Below are positions 47,213-59,142 of a stretch of DNA of 64,000 nucleotides, one piece after another; within the stretch, counting starts at the first letter, position 1, and the number at the start of each line of letters is the position of its first letter. A program made the translations under genes and the position numbers. A model generated the notes under the pieces. The model searched no databases. It was given only the letters and a program-made list of their open reading frames with translations, and was not told where the DNA came from. The stretch comes from Gemmatales bacterium (GTDB lineage: Bacteria > Planctomycetota > Planctomycetia > Gemmatales > Gemmataceae), in NCBI GenBank assembly GCA_026004675.1, contig BPJP01000002.1, positions 653,335 through 717,334 of the forward strand, read 5' to 3'.

Positions 47213-48982
47213 TTATCGTATCTGAATTCGGCACGGCATGACAGCCCATACCGGTTCATGCCGGAGATGAAGCAAAGCTTCGGCGATCTGAAAGTGTCGT
47301 CTGGCTTCAGGGAAGCGATCGAGAATGCCGAGTTGCTGGGATAGGTGCGCATCCGCCTGGTTTTCCAATAGCAGTTCCATAAAAGTTTTGGGCTTGGGCA
47401 GAACAAGGATTTCCGGTTTGGTCTCTGGATCCATTTTTGCCATCTTCCAAGCATCCGCGATGGCATCGCCAAGAGTGCCCAGCGCGTCGACGAGGCCGAC
47501 TTCTTTCGCCTGCCGTCCCGTCCAAACCCGTCCGCCGGCATAGTTCAGGAATTCTTTTTTGGTGAACTTTTTGCCGGCCCGGGTCCGCCCTTGAACCGCC
47601 TTGTCGACAAACTGCTCGTAAATGTCCTGCATCAACGCCTTCATTCTTTTGCGTTCCGAGTCGCTGAATGGAGTATCCGTGGAAAAGATGGTCGCGTTTT
47701 TGCCCCGAGTAATGATCTCCGTCTTGATGCCGATCTTGTCGTACAGTCCTGCCATAGCGAGCTTGCCGCCGACCACGCCAATCGAACCGGTCAGCGTTCC
47801 CGGCTCGGCATAGATTTTGTCCGCCCCCATGCTGATGTAATAACCGCCGCTGGCGGCGACGTCCGACATACTGGCAATGACCGGCTTCTTGCATTGGACC
47901 AAAGCGTTCCAGATCAAATCGCTGGCCAACGCCGACCCGCCCGGGCTGTCGACACGTAGTACGATCGCCTTGACAGTCTCATCCTTTTCTGCTTCCTGAA
48001 TCGCTTCGATCATTGTCGTCGAACCGCAGATGTTGGCGCCAAGCAAACTGGTACCGCCTTTACCTGGTGCAATCACGCCAGTGGCATAAATCACCGCCAC
48101 CTTCGGCTTCTTGGAGCGGGTGGTCACGGGGGGCGCGAACAGCTTGAAAAACGCGAACGGATTGGACAAATCGAGAGACGACGATTTCGATTTACCGTAG
48201 TTCTTCACGACGTCGATGGCTTCCGCCTTCATGACGGCTTTGATGTGTGCCTCAAAATCCTTTACATACGCAACACGGTCGACCAGGCCGACCTTCTTCG
48301 CTTCTCGAGCCGTGAAAGGAGCGCGATCGATCAACTTTTTCACCTGTTGCTTGGGAAGCTTTCGGTGTTCCACAATCTGGTCAACCAGGCTCTTCTCGAA
48401 ATAATCGTCAAGAATGTTCTCCAGGTTTTTGCGAAAAGGGGGACTCATGCTCGAGCGAGTGAACGGCTCGGCAGCTCCCTTGTAATCCCCTATCTGCATC
48501 ATTTCCGCCTGAATACCGAGCTTCTCCAGGAGGTCTTTGAAGAAAAGCGCTTCGCCGCGCAATCCGGTTACGACCAGCCAGCCTGATTCGGGCAAACAGA
48601 TTTCATCGCATGAAACAGCCAGCAGATAATCCACAGTCGTGGCAGATTCGAAATAAGCGAAAACTTTTTTGCCGCTTTTGCGAAAGTCCAGCACTGCCTG
48701 CCGAAGTTCGTTGAGTTTGCCCCATTGCACAGCCAGACCATCGATTTCCAGGATGAGGCCGTGGATTTTTTTGTCTTCCTTGGCGCGGCGGATGCGGTCG
48801 ACCTTGCTTTGAAAACTTTCGAGCAGGTTGCCGAAAAGGGGATCGTTGGGCTGAGGCGTTTCGTCAAGAGCGCCGGTCAGTTTGATATGAGCGAGGCTCA
48901 CCTTGTCAACTTTTTCCTCGGCAGCGAGCGGGTGGGGAAAAAATGCCGCAATCACAATGCCCACGACGACAGCGATGCGCAT
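47213..48982 (-). CDS. sppA: signal peptide peptidase SppA (protease IV, 67K type, duplicated ClpP-like domains)
   Basis: Two S49 domains (…VASMSDVAASGGYYISMGADKIYAEPGTLTGSIGV…, and an N-terminal copy GLILEIDG…). Start assigned to the internal ATG (MRIAVVVGIVIAAFF, TM anchor). Confidence 0.85.
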   Translation of the reverse strand: MRIAVVVGIVIAAFFPHPLAAEEKVDKVSLAHIKLTGALDETPQPNDPLFGNLLESFQSKVDRIRRAKEDKKIHGLILEIDGLAVQWGKLNELRQAVLDFRKSGKKVFAYFESATTVDYLLAVSCDEICLPESGWLVVTGLRGEALFFKDLLEKLGIQAEMMQIGDYKGAAEPFTRSSMSPPFRKNLENILDDYFEKSLVDQIVEHRKLPKQQVKKLIDRAPFTAREAKKVGLVDRVAYVKDFEAHIKAVMKAEAIDVVKNYGKSKSSSLDLSNPFAFFKLFAPPVTTRSKKPKVAVIYATGVIAPGKGGTSLLGANICGSTTMIEAIQEAEKDETVKAIVLRVDSPGGSALASDLIWNALVQCKKPVIASMSDVAASGGYYISMGADKIYAEPGTLTGSIGVVGGKLAMAGLYDKIGIKTEIITRGKNATIFSTDTPFSDSERKRMKALMQDIYEQFVDKAVQGRTRAGKKFTKKEFLNYAGGRVWTGRQAKEVGLVDALGTLGDAIADAWKMAKMDPETKPEILVLPKPKTFMELLLENQADAHLSQQLGILDRFPEARRHFQIAEALLHLRHEPVWAVMPCRIQIR

Positions 48983-49201
48983 GTTACAACTCCTTCCGCG
49001 TCGGGAATGATAAGGAACTTTACGCCATCTAACCGAGGTTATTCGCTGAACCGACACCACTATTGGAACGGACCCCAGGATTTTCTCAGGAAACAGTCCC
49101 AAGTCTAGGAGCGGCAAAAAGAACTGTCAAGCGAAGCCATTCGGGCGTGGAGCATATGGTTGCGATGACGACCGTTTGCGGTCGTCCGAAGAATCGATTC
49201 C

Positions 49202-49534
49202 TCAGGCGCCGACCATGCGCCGCGTCGGCGGTTCGCTCGTTTTCTTTTTGGGGTTGGCATTGGGAACGACGGAAGGGGAGAAAAACACAAATGCCGTGAC
49301 AATCAGACCGATAGCACTCACCAAAGAGGCGCGGCGCAGCCCAGAATCGTAGGCGAAGAGAGTTAAAATGTCTCCCACGATGCCACCAGGTTCAAGCCAA
49401 TTCCGAATCGCTCCTGCCAAAGCCAGGGTCGCCAAAAGGGCCACGGCAAGAGCGAGCAAAAAGACGCGCGGCAGCCCCGCAAAACGTTTCCCAATGTCGC
49501 CAGAAGTGGAGCTCATCGTCTCGTCCTCGGTCAA
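49202..49534 (-). CDS. small hypothetical membrane protein
   Basis: 110 aa ORF with two hydrophobic helices. Lies between eno and sppA on the same strand. No family recognised. Confidence 0.3.
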   Translation of the reverse strand: MTEDETMSSTSGDIGKRFAGLPRVFLLALAVALLATLALAGAIRNWLEPGGIVGDILTLFAYDSGLRRASLVSAIGLIVTAFVFFSPSVVPNANPKKKTSEPPTRRMVGA

Positions 49535-49546
49535 TCGTGCGGCTTC

Positions 49547-51066
<1,520 letters not shown>

Positions 51067-51391
51067 AATGGGGCCGCCGGATGGCGTCAGCCAGTTGGTA
51101 GGGGGCACTGCCAATGGCGATCGCCTCGGTGCTTCCAGACAAACCTGCTTGCGACGTTCCCCTCCTCGAACGTCCTGGTCGGTGCCTGGGAAACTGCATC
51201 CGTGCGGCCTGTGTTTTCCTGGCATATGCTCTATCGACACCGGGAGCCGGTTGGCTTGATCGCAGCCCATGCCAAAACGATCTCGCTGTGAGCTGGCGAA
51301 CGGGTCATGCCAATCGTAGTGGAGCTTTGGTTTGTTCTCGATAGCGCAATCATACGGGAATGATTCCACGCGATCGCCGCCACATCATGTC

Positions 51392-53926
51392 TTAATGCCG
51401 GAACAAAAACTCCTTGGAATTGATCAGCGCCCAGAGGGCGTCTTCCCAGGCTTTGCGGCGGGCAGCTGGCTTGTCTGAAGCAGCTGCTGACTCGATTTGT
51501 TTCTTGATGTGAACCAGTACCGCCTTGGTCTCCGCTTCCGTCGGGAAGCGCGACAGCGTGTTCAAATAGAGTTCCGTCAGAATTTGTTGGTCGGTCCGAT
51601 TCTGACTCAAAAGTTGCCCGATCCGATTGTTTTCGGCTCGCATCTTGTTATTGACGGTGGGACCGTTAATGAGTTGCAGAGCTTGGGCCAGGTTGCTGTC
51701 GCTTTCTCGTTCGCATTCGCAAGCCAATTCTCGTCCGGGCTGCCCGAACGTCTTCAAGAACGGGTGATTGATTTCTCCATCTGGCAGCTGAACCGCCCGC
51801 GTGCCCAAAGGCATCCCTGGAAATTTCTCCGGCACCCCTGTGGCGAAGCAGATGGCGTCAAGGAGTTGCTCTGCGGTCAACAACCTGGTGACGGCGTGGG
51901 AAAAATACTTTTCGTCTTTCTCATTAAATCGATTGGTTTGGGCACTCAACTGATAGGTGCGCGAATTCATGATAGTGCGAATGATATGTTTGATGTCGTA
52001 GTTACTTTTCACGAATTCCTCGGCTAAAGCGGTCAGCAAAGCATCATTCGCCGGCGGGTTCGATTCGCGAAAATCGTCGACCGGTTCGACAATGCCGCGA
52101 CCAATGAGGTGATACCAGATGCGATTGACGACTGACTTGGCAAAGCAAGTGTTTTCTTTGGAAACCACCATTCTTGCCAGCACTTCCCGGCGATCGACTC
52201 CTTCCGGAATCTGGGGGGCGGGCAATCCCATGATCTTTGGCGCCATCGTCTTTTTGGAACGTGGCTGTACCACTTCTCCCGAACGATCCGAGTAGATGAT
52301 TTCGCTGCCTGGTGCACCTTTGCCTCCTGGTGCAAGCGGATCCTTTTTGCGTTTGACGCGGGCGAAAAACGCCGCCATGCTGTAGTAATCATCCTGCGTC
52401 CAGCGTTCGAACGGATGGTTATGGCATTTGGCACACTGCATGCGAATGCCGAAGAAAAGTTGAGCCGTCGACTCAGCCAGCGTTTGCGGATCGCGGGAAA
52501 TTCGATAATAGTTCGCCGGCGGGTTGGAAAAAGTGCTCCCGCTCGCCGTCAGCAATTCGGTCACTATCTGGTCAAATCGCGTGTTGGCAATGAGATGGTT
52601 TCGCAGCCATTGCTGGTACACGTGGACCCCCTTGACTTGGATAGATTTGCGGCTGCTGCGTAAAACATCGCACCACTTCAGCGTCCAGAAATCGGCATAT
52701 TCCGGGCGCTCCAGCAAGGCGTCGATCAGTTGCGCTCGTTTGTCCGAATCCTTGTTTGCCAAAAACTTTCTGACTTCCTCGGCGGTCGGGAGAATGCCGC
52801 ACAAATCCAGATAGGCCCGTCGGATGAATTCCTCATCTGTGCACAACTCCGACGGCTGGATATTGAGCATCTTCAATTTGGCGAACGTCAACGTGTCGAC
52901 GAAGTTGTTTGCAGGCGGGTCCTTCCAGACAAATCCATCTTTCGGTTCCAAATAGGTCAGCCGAACCGTTTTCATTTCTTCGAGGTAGCGAACCAGAATC
53001 GCCACTTCGCCAGCTTGCTGAAATTCGACCAGCCCATGTTCGCTAACTTCAGCGACGGAAGAATCGCTGCTGGAAAAAACTGTCAGGCGAGTTACATCGC
53101 GGGTCGAACCATCGGAATACCTGGCGATTACAGCGAGTTGCTGGTAGCTGGCGGGATAGCGCAAAACACGAGCCCCCGGTACGACAGTCAATTCGGTCAG
53201 CCTGGCGTGGTCTGGCGGGTCATCCTGCAATCCCTCCGCCAGCCACCGTCGAATGAATCTCGACGGGATGCTGTCTGGTTTGAAGCGCACTCCTCCTTCA
53301 TGCGGCACAGCGCCCCAGGCTTTGAGAAGAATCAGGCTGGAATCCGGATCGAGCCGATCGGTACGGCGCCCCTGCACGTCTCGACTGAGTTGGATGTAAT
53401 CATCAGCCGGGTCATAACCGCGCAAGCTGAGACGAAAACCATTCTTGCCGCTCGGCGTGCCGTGACAGGCTCCCTGGTTACAGCCACCGACATTCAAAGC
53501 CGCAATCACATCGTTGCGGAAACTGACTGGTTGTCGTTTGTTCATTCCGGAAACGACGACCGGCACTCGAACGGAGCGATTGTTCGCCGTCACGACCAGA
53601 GTCCCCTGGCCATCTTGTTTCGGCAGCAAAAAGCCTCCAGGCAGCAAGGCAGCTTGTTCTCCTTCCAGTTGGTATCCTGCGAAAGGCGTCAAATCACGCA
53701 CGCTTCCATCGGCATAGGAACCCGTGACGACCACTTGTTGCATGGCTAGTGGGCCAATCAACTTGATCGTGGGAGGCGTGACGGCAATCGCTGTCGGTGT
53801 GCCAAGGATTTCGGCTCGCTCGCTGACAGAGGTGGGAATATCGGCCCCACTGGCGAGCACAAGGCTCCCCATCATGATGCTGCTCAGGGTCCCGATCAAA
53901 CATTTCACGACAGTTTTGGCCAACAT
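51392..53926 (-). CDS. PSCyt1/PSCyt2 (DUF1549/DUF1553) family protein with Big_2-like domain (planctomycete c-type-cytochrome-like)
   Basis: Signal peptide. CxxCH-like CHGTPSGKNGFRLSLRGY (DUF1549) and CAKCHNHPFERWTQDDYY (DUF1553) motifs. 844 aa. Confidence 0.8.
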   Translation of the reverse strand: MLAKTVVKCLIGTLSSIMMGSLVLASGADIPTSVSERAEILGTPTAIAVTPPTIKLIGPLAMQQVVVTGSYADGSVRDLTPFAGYQLEGEQAALLPGGFLLPKQDGQGTLVVTANNRSVRVPVVVSGMNKRQPVSFRNDVIAALNVGGCNQGACHGTPSGKNGFRLSLRGYDPADDYIQLSRDVQGRRTDRLDPDSSLILLKAWGAVPHEGGVRFKPDSIPSRFIRRWLAEGLQDDPPDHARLTELTVVPGARVLRYPASYQQLAVIARYSDGSTRDVTRLTVFSSSDSSVAEVSEHGLVEFQQAGEVAILVRYLEEMKTVRLTYLEPKDGFVWKDPPANNFVDTLTFAKLKMLNIQPSELCTDEEFIRRAYLDLCGILPTAEEVRKFLANKDSDKRAQLIDALLERPEYADFWTLKWCDVLRSSRKSIQVKGVHVYQQWLRNHLIANTRFDQIVTELLTASGSTFSNPPANYYRISRDPQTLAESTAQLFFGIRMQCAKCHNHPFERWTQDDYYSMAAFFARVKRKKDPLAPGGKGAPGSEIIYSDRSGEVVQPRSKKTMAPKIMGLPAPQIPEGVDRREVLARMVVSKENTCFAKSVVNRIWYHLIGRGIVEPVDDFRESNPPANDALLTALAEEFVKSNYDIKHIIRTIMNSRTYQLSAQTNRFNEKDEKYFSHAVTRLLTAEQLLDAICFATGVPEKFPGMPLGTRAVQLPDGEINHPFLKTFGQPGRELACECERESDSNLAQALQLINGPTVNNKMRAENNRIGQLLSQNRTDQQILTELYLNTLSRFPTEAETKAVLVHIKKQIESAAASDKPAARRKAWEDALWALINSKEFLFRH

Positions 53927-54108
53927 GGTTCCTAGCCTCCCATGTGGACGGCGGTATGCTGTGCAGGTGGGAAATTCGGGGCTTATTGAATGCTCTTATC
54001 TTACGCTTTTCGCCTCTTTGAAGCGATCCTTTTTTTGATAATATTTCCCAGGCGCACGAGACCGGCAGAGAAGAGGACGACAGTGCACGCGATCGCTGGA
54101 GGAAGATC

Positions 54109-54942
54109 ATGGTTTTCGGCAGGTCTCTGGCAGGGCAAACGGCATGGGTGACGGGGTCGTCGCGCGGTCTGGGTCGCGTCATGGCCACTAAACTCAGCTC
54201 CTTGGGGGCAGACGTTGCGATTCACGGTACGCGTTTCGATTCGCCCAAATCGTTCGGAGAAGGCGAATCGATGGAGCAAGTGGCCAACGACATAGCCCGC
54301 GAGACCGGCGGCCGAGTTGTCGCTGTTTGGGGCGACGTAACGATTGAAAGCGAAGTCAAACGCATGGCCGACGAGATTCGGTCTAAGTTAGGGAAGATCG
54401 ACATCCTCGTTGCCAACGCAGGAGGCGACATTGGCGCGGGGGGAACGGCGACGGGACGAGGCGGCCGGCCCGATCCTGATGATTGCGTGCACATCCAATT
54501 GCCAGACATCCGCGCCGTGCTGGACCGGAATTTGTTATCGTGCATACTCTGCTGCCGCGAGGTAGCGCCGGAGATGATGGCTCGCAAGCATGGCCGAATC
54601 ATTACCATCGGTTCGATCGTTGGCACGACAGGCCGCGCCGACGGAGCGATATATGCAGTTGCCAAAGCGGGCGTGCATGAATACACACGCTGCCTTGCCC
54701 TGCAATTGCGCAAATGGAATGTGCCAGTGAATTGCGTCGCTCCCGGAGGGACGATCACCAACCGATTTCTGGTCATCCATGATATTGACAAGGAAAAGTT
54801 GGTCGATTCGGGGACTCTGGAGCGATATGGCCGCCCTGCTGAAGTGGCTGACGTTGTCGCGTTTCTGGCGACCGATGCGGCCCGTTTCATCAGCGGCCAG
54901 GTTATTCGCGTCGACGGCGGCAGCCAATGTTGGCCAGCCTGA
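54109..54942 (+). CDS. SDR-family oxidoreductase
   Basis: TGSSRGLGRVMA Rossmann motif, NAGG, catalytic YAVAKAG (YxxxK). Confidence 0.8.
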   Translation: MVFGRSLAGQTAWVTGSSRGLGRVMATKLSSLGADVAIHGTRFDSPKSFGEGESMEQVANDIARETGGRVVAVWGDVTIESEVKRMADEIRSKLGKIDILVANAGGDIGAGGTATGRGGRPDPDDCVHIQLPDIRAVLDRNLLSCILCCREVAPEMMARKHGRIITIGSIVGTTGRADGAIYAVAKAGVHEYTRCLALQLRKWNVPVNCVAPGGTITNRFLVIHDIDKEKLVDSGTLERYGRPAEVADVVAFLATDAARFISGQVIRVDGGSQCWPA

Positions 54943-55279
54943 CGAGTGCTGGATGATCCACTCTACCTGGGATTAGCAAAAAGCCATCTCTATCCAAACG
55001 TTACTATCTAAACGTTACGCGAACGAATCTTGGACGCGACCCGATCGAGCGTTGCCAGTACCACTTGCTCACCGTGACCTTCTGCAAGCCGCTCATTCTT
55101 TAATAAAAGCGGCGGCACTAGCCGTTTGAATCTATCGGTCAGCTTCGGGCTGCCTGGTTTCGTCTCCGGTTCGCACTTCAAGTGCCGAGTTTTCGACGAA
55201 TCCGCCGGACTATGCTGGTTTGGGCGAAATTTTTTCGTTCTTTCCGCCTAATTCGCTGGCTGAAAGTCCTATTGTTTCG

Positions 55280-55831
55280 ATGCAGGCAGACACCGAAATG
55301 AGCAAACGAATCAGCCAGTCAGAAATCGGCCGGCTGCTGATGCAGCATCGGACCGGGCTTTACGCCTTCATACTGGCATGTGTACGCAACCACGCCGACG
55401 CCGAAGACGTTTTGCAAAGCGTGTCGATGGCAGCGATTGCGGCTCACGACCAATTGCAGGACGAAGCCGGTTTTTTGCCGTGGGCGCGGGAAATCGCCCG
55501 CCGCCGAATACTCGAATGGCAGCGGAAAAAGCTGCGCTTGCGCCCGCTCGATCCCGACACACTCCAACGCCTCATCGAAGCGGCGGACCACGTCGAACGC
55601 CAGCGCTCAAGCTCGGATGAACAGTCAGCTTTAATGGAGTGTCTGGACCAACTGCCCGACCAAAGCCGACGCCTGATCGCCAGGCGTTATGACCCCCACT
55701 CTGGTGGGATCGCCGAAATCGCCCAACAGCAAAACCAGACCGTTCAAGCTGTTTATGCCCGCATTAAGCGAATCAAAGCGATCCTGCGCGATTGTGTGCA
55801 GCGGCGCCTCGCAATGGAGACAAGATCATGA
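55280..55831 (+). CDS. ECF (sigma-70 family group IV) RNA polymerase sigma factor
   Basis: Region 2 (LYAFILACVRNHADAEDVLQSV) and region 4 (…LPDQSRRLIARRY…AEIA…) signatures. Start ambiguous (55220, 55280 or 55298). Confidence 0.8.
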   Translation: MQADTEMSKRISQSEIGRLLMQHRTGLYAFILACVRNHADAEDVLQSVSMAAIAAHDQLQDEAGFLPWAREIARRRILEWQRKKLRLRPLDPDTLQRLIEAADHVERQRSSSDEQSALMECLDQLPDQSRRLIARRYDPHSGGIAEIAQQQNQTVQAVYARIKRIKAILRDCVQRRLAMETRS

Positions 55832-58722
55832 TCGCCGATCGAGATGCAGAGCGCCTGGAAGCCTATCTGGCTGGGCTTCTCTCCGAAGAGGAAGCGGTTC
55901 ACTTGGAAAAGCGATTGCAATCGGAACCGGAACTGGCTCAAGCATATCTCCGTCTTTGCCGGGAGGAGGCCATTCTCAGGGAATGGGCACGGACGGCGGT
56001 TTCGCTTTCGGTTCCTCAACAGACATCCCGGCGGCGTTACACCTGGCGATTGCTGGTTGCTGCCTCCTTGATCCTCGCTTTGGGCTGGCTGTTGTTTCCC
56101 GCTCGGCAGGAAAAGCAAAAACAGAGTCGTCCGCCCAAGCTTCCGCACGTCGCTTTGGCTGCCGGAGTACGAATCCAAGCGACGCCCGGCACCAAGTGGA
56201 CAATCCAAAATCCAGCCACCGTGGAACTCGAAGAAGGCACCTTGTTCGTCAGCCTCGACGAACCTGTCGATGGTTTTACCGTGAAAACACCAGCGGCGGA
56301 GGCACGCGCCGCCGGTACCCGATTCTGGGTCGATGTTCTGCCCCAAAACAACAAGAAAGGAGACGAAGAAATGAGGTTTGCCAAAACGGCGGTCTATGTG
56401 ACTGTGCTGGCGGGATTGGTGCAGCTAACCAATCCGCTCGGCGAAGTCAGCGGAGGTCCAGGCGAAGCGCTCGCCGCGGAAAAAGGCAGCGCACCGAAAA
56501 AACAGGTCGAAGACCTGGCCTTGCGCTTCGCCAGGTATTATCAACCGGTACAAGTCAAACAAAAGCCGAAAATCCCCGGCTACACCTTACCGCTTGACCT
56601 GACCAAAGTCACCAACCTGAAGGAAGTCGTCACGAGACTCAATGTGAAAGGTGTCGAACCAATCCTCAAGAAGAACGGCTTCGCCGTCGTCCCCGGGAAA
56701 GGTACGGACGACGTGGTTGCCTTTTACAAGCATCTCGAGGGCAAATTCCTTCCCATTTTCGTCACCACCGATTCCATTCTGCATCTCTATCACGTGCAAT
56801 TCGATAGCACTTTGCAGGACATCGAAGAACGGGAATTCTACCCGGAAATCGTGGCCTTGACGGAAACGCTCATCAACGATCTGGCGGCCATGAAGTTGCC
56901 CGAAGGAGAGGAGTTTGACGAGGCTCGGCAGAAAGCACTGACTTATTTTGCGATTGCTTTGAAATGCTTCAAACCGGAAGCGAAGTTGCCGGCAGCCGTC
57001 CGGCAAAAAGATGTCGAGATCGTGCTCGACAAGATGAAAAAGCACGAAGGATTCTGGCCCGACCCGGACTCGGCTCACCAGGTCTGGCCGCTGTTCCGCT
57101 ATGCTGAGGACTTCTCGCAGTACGTGCCCCGCGGCCACTACACCCGCAGCGACAACCTGAAAAAGTATTTCATGGGCATGATGTGGTTGGGCCGCATGAC
57201 GTTTATTCTCAAAGGAGACCCGTCCTACGGCCCCTACGATCAACCGGCCTTGGTCTCCGTCGATGAAGCCAACCAGCAAACGCTCTCGGCGGCCATCATC
57301 ACGAAGGTGATGGAAACCGGCAAACTGGCAGATGGCCGGCGTGTCCGAGACGTTTGGGAACGCATCTATGCCGTCACCAGCTTCTATGTCGGTCTGGCGG
57401 ATGACTTGGGATTGCAGGAATACCGCGATGCCTTGACCAAAATTTGCGGTGCAGCCCTCGATTTGGCACGGCTTGCAAACGGCAAAAACCTGCTGCAATT
57501 CAAAGCGGAACTGGCGAAATACAGGCCGCCAGCCATCTACAGCGGTACGGGCCGTCAGGGTACGTTCGATCCAGGTGCCGGGCCGGAAAAACTCGTCCAG
57601 GCGTTGAAAAAAAGCCAGGGCTTCCGCTTCATGGGCCAACGGTTTGTTCCCGATTCCTATATGATGGGGAAGCTGGTTTTCCCGACCGTCGGCCCAGGCA
57701 CCAACCCGAAGGCGTTTACCTATGTTCCTACGGACCTTGGGCCAATTCGCGGCTTTCCCCGTGGCCTGGACGTAATGACGGTTCTTGGCAGCAAGCGGGC
57801 CAACGAACTCATTCACGAACTCGGCGATGCCGATTACATTGCCGGCAAGAAAGCGCTAAGCTACGACGAAGCCCTGGCTGCCTTGAAAAAAGAATACAGC
57901 CAACTCAGCGACAAGGACTGGAACCGCAATCTCTACTGGTCGTGGCTCCACGCCTTGAAGCCGTTGACGCAGGAATTCGGTGCTGGCTACCAGACGTTCA
58001 TGACGACCGAGGCTTACCGGAATAAATCGCTCAATACGGCTTTGGCCTCGTGGGCGCAGCTGCGCCACGACACGATTCTGTACGCCAAACAGAGTTACAC
58101 AATGACTAACAGGGGAATGCCGCGGACGCCCCCCGGCTACGTCGAGCCGATTCCCGAGTTTTACGCCCGGCTGCTGGCGCTGACGCGCATGACGAACAAG
58201 GGGCTTGCAGAGATGAACGTTCTCGATAAGGCTGCCAAACAACGGCTGGACCGGTTCGAGCGGATCATCGAACGTCTCTTGGCGATTGCCGAGAAGGAGC
58301 TGGCCAACGAGGCACTAAGCCGGGAAGACCTGTCCTTCGTGTGCGGCATCGCTGCCGAGCTTGAGCAGTTGTCCGCAGCTCCGAAACGGGGCACAGTATC
58401 GGACAGCAAGAAAGATGTGATGAAAACGACGCTGATTGCCGACGTGCATACCGATCAAAACAGCAAGAAGGTCCTCGAAGAGGGGACCGGCTATCTTGAT
58501 CTGGGATTGTTCGTCTGCCGGCGTCCCGACGGTTCGCTTGCGGTCTATGCCGGTCCGGTCTTGAGCTATTACGAGTTCAAGCATCCGATGAACGACCGGC
58601 TTACAGATGAGAAATGGCGTGAGATGCTGGAGAAAGGCACAGCGCCTGCACAACCGGAGTGGACCAGGCCGTATTTGGCGTCGGATCAGAGCTTTTCGCT
58701 GCCGAAGAGGGGAGGGCGATAA
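55828..58722 (+). CDS. anti-sigma factor: N-terminal anti-sigma domain, TM helix, FecR-like domain, then an about 750 aa extracytoplasmic DUF3160-like domain
   Basis: ATGA overlap with the sigma-factor stop. N-terminus …LEAYLAGLLSEEEAVHLEKRLQSEPELAQAYLRL… TM WRLLVAASLILALGWLLF. FecR-like GTKWTIQNP…GTRFWVDV. A large soluble domain follows. Confidence 0.7.
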   Translation: MIADRDAERLEAYLAGLLSEEEAVHLEKRLQSEPELAQAYLRLCREEAILREWARTAVSLSVPQQTSRRRYTWRLLVAASLILALGWLLFPARQEKQKQSRPPKLPHVALAAGVRIQATPGTKWTIQNPATVELEEGTLFVSLDEPVDGFTVKTPAAEARAAGTRFWVDVLPQNNKKGDEEMRFAKTAVYVTVLAGLVQLTNPLGEVSGGPGEALAAEKGSAPKKQVEDLALRFARYYQPVQVKQKPKIPGYTLPLDLTKVTNLKEVVTRLNVKGVEPILKKNGFAVVPGKGTDDVVAFYKHLEGKFLPIFVTTDSILHLYHVQFDSTLQDIEEREFYPEIVALTETLINDLAAMKLPEGEEFDEARQKALTYFAIALKCFKPEAKLPAAVRQKDVEIVLDKMKKHEGFWPDPDSAHQVWPLFRYAEDFSQYVPRGHYTRSDNLKKYFMGMMWLGRMTFILKGDPSYGPYDQPALVSVDEANQQTLSAAIITKVMETGKLADGRRVRDVWERIYAVTSFYVGLADDLGLQEYRDALTKICGAALDLARLANGKNLLQFKAELAKYRPPAIYSGTGRQGTFDPGAGPEKLVQALKKSQGFRFMGQRFVPDSYMMGKLVFPTVGPGTNPKAFTYVPTDLGPIRGFPRGLDVMTVLGSKRANELIHELGDADYIAGKKALSYDEALAALKKEYSQLSDKDWNRNLYWSWLHALKPLTQEFGAGYQTFMTTEAYRNKSLNTALASWAQLRHDTILYAKQSYTMTNRGMPRTPPGYVEPIPEFYARLLALTRMTNKGLAEMNVLDKAAKQRLDRFERIIERLLAIAEKELANEALSREDLSFVCGIAAELEQLSAAPKRGTVSDSKKDVMKTTLIADVHTDQNSKKVLEEGTGYLDLGLFVCRRPDGSLAVYAGPVLSYYEFKHPMNDRLTDEKWREMLEKGTAPAQPEWTRPYLASDQSFSLPKRGGR

Positions 58723-58747
58723 GGACGGAAAAAAGTCGTCGTTTAAA

Positions 58748-58777
58748 GGGGGAGCAGGACGCTCCCCCTTTTTTATT
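58748..58777 (+). terminator. Rho-independent terminator after the anti-sigma gene
   Basis: GC stem GGGGGAGC-aggac-GCTCCCCC followed by TTTTTTATT, 25 nt after the stop codon. Confidence 0.7.
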
Positions 58778-59142
58778 GTTCGAGAGTAAGAGGCGTGGGG
58801 ATCCAACGTGGTTCTGCGAATCTTCCGTTTGACATCGAGTGGAACCAGTCCATGGCGGCATCCAAGGCCATTCGTTCCGCGAAAGCGTGTGCCGAAACGG
58901 CGGGCTGCCATCCTTTCGTCGAAATGAATCGAACCCCATCAGGCCGCTGACAAGTGGCTTCCATTTCATGGCAATAGAATCGCCGAGTGGACTTGACGAC
59001 TCCCAGGATACGGCGTAAACAACAACGATATTAACGATCGTGTGCCCGAACAGGCAAAGCGGGCTGGTCGTCGATTTCATTCATCTTCCTCTCCGTTGCC
59101 GTCTGCTTTCTTCGTTGTTGCCCGAAATAAGGAGCGCGCCTG

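Noticed and set aside
52730-53749. 339-aa + strand ORF inside the PSCyt/DUF1553 gene
   Set aside because: Antisense shadow ORF.
56587-57816. 409-aa minus-strand ORF inside the anti-sigma factor gene
   Set aside because: Antisense shadow ORF. No recognisable domain.
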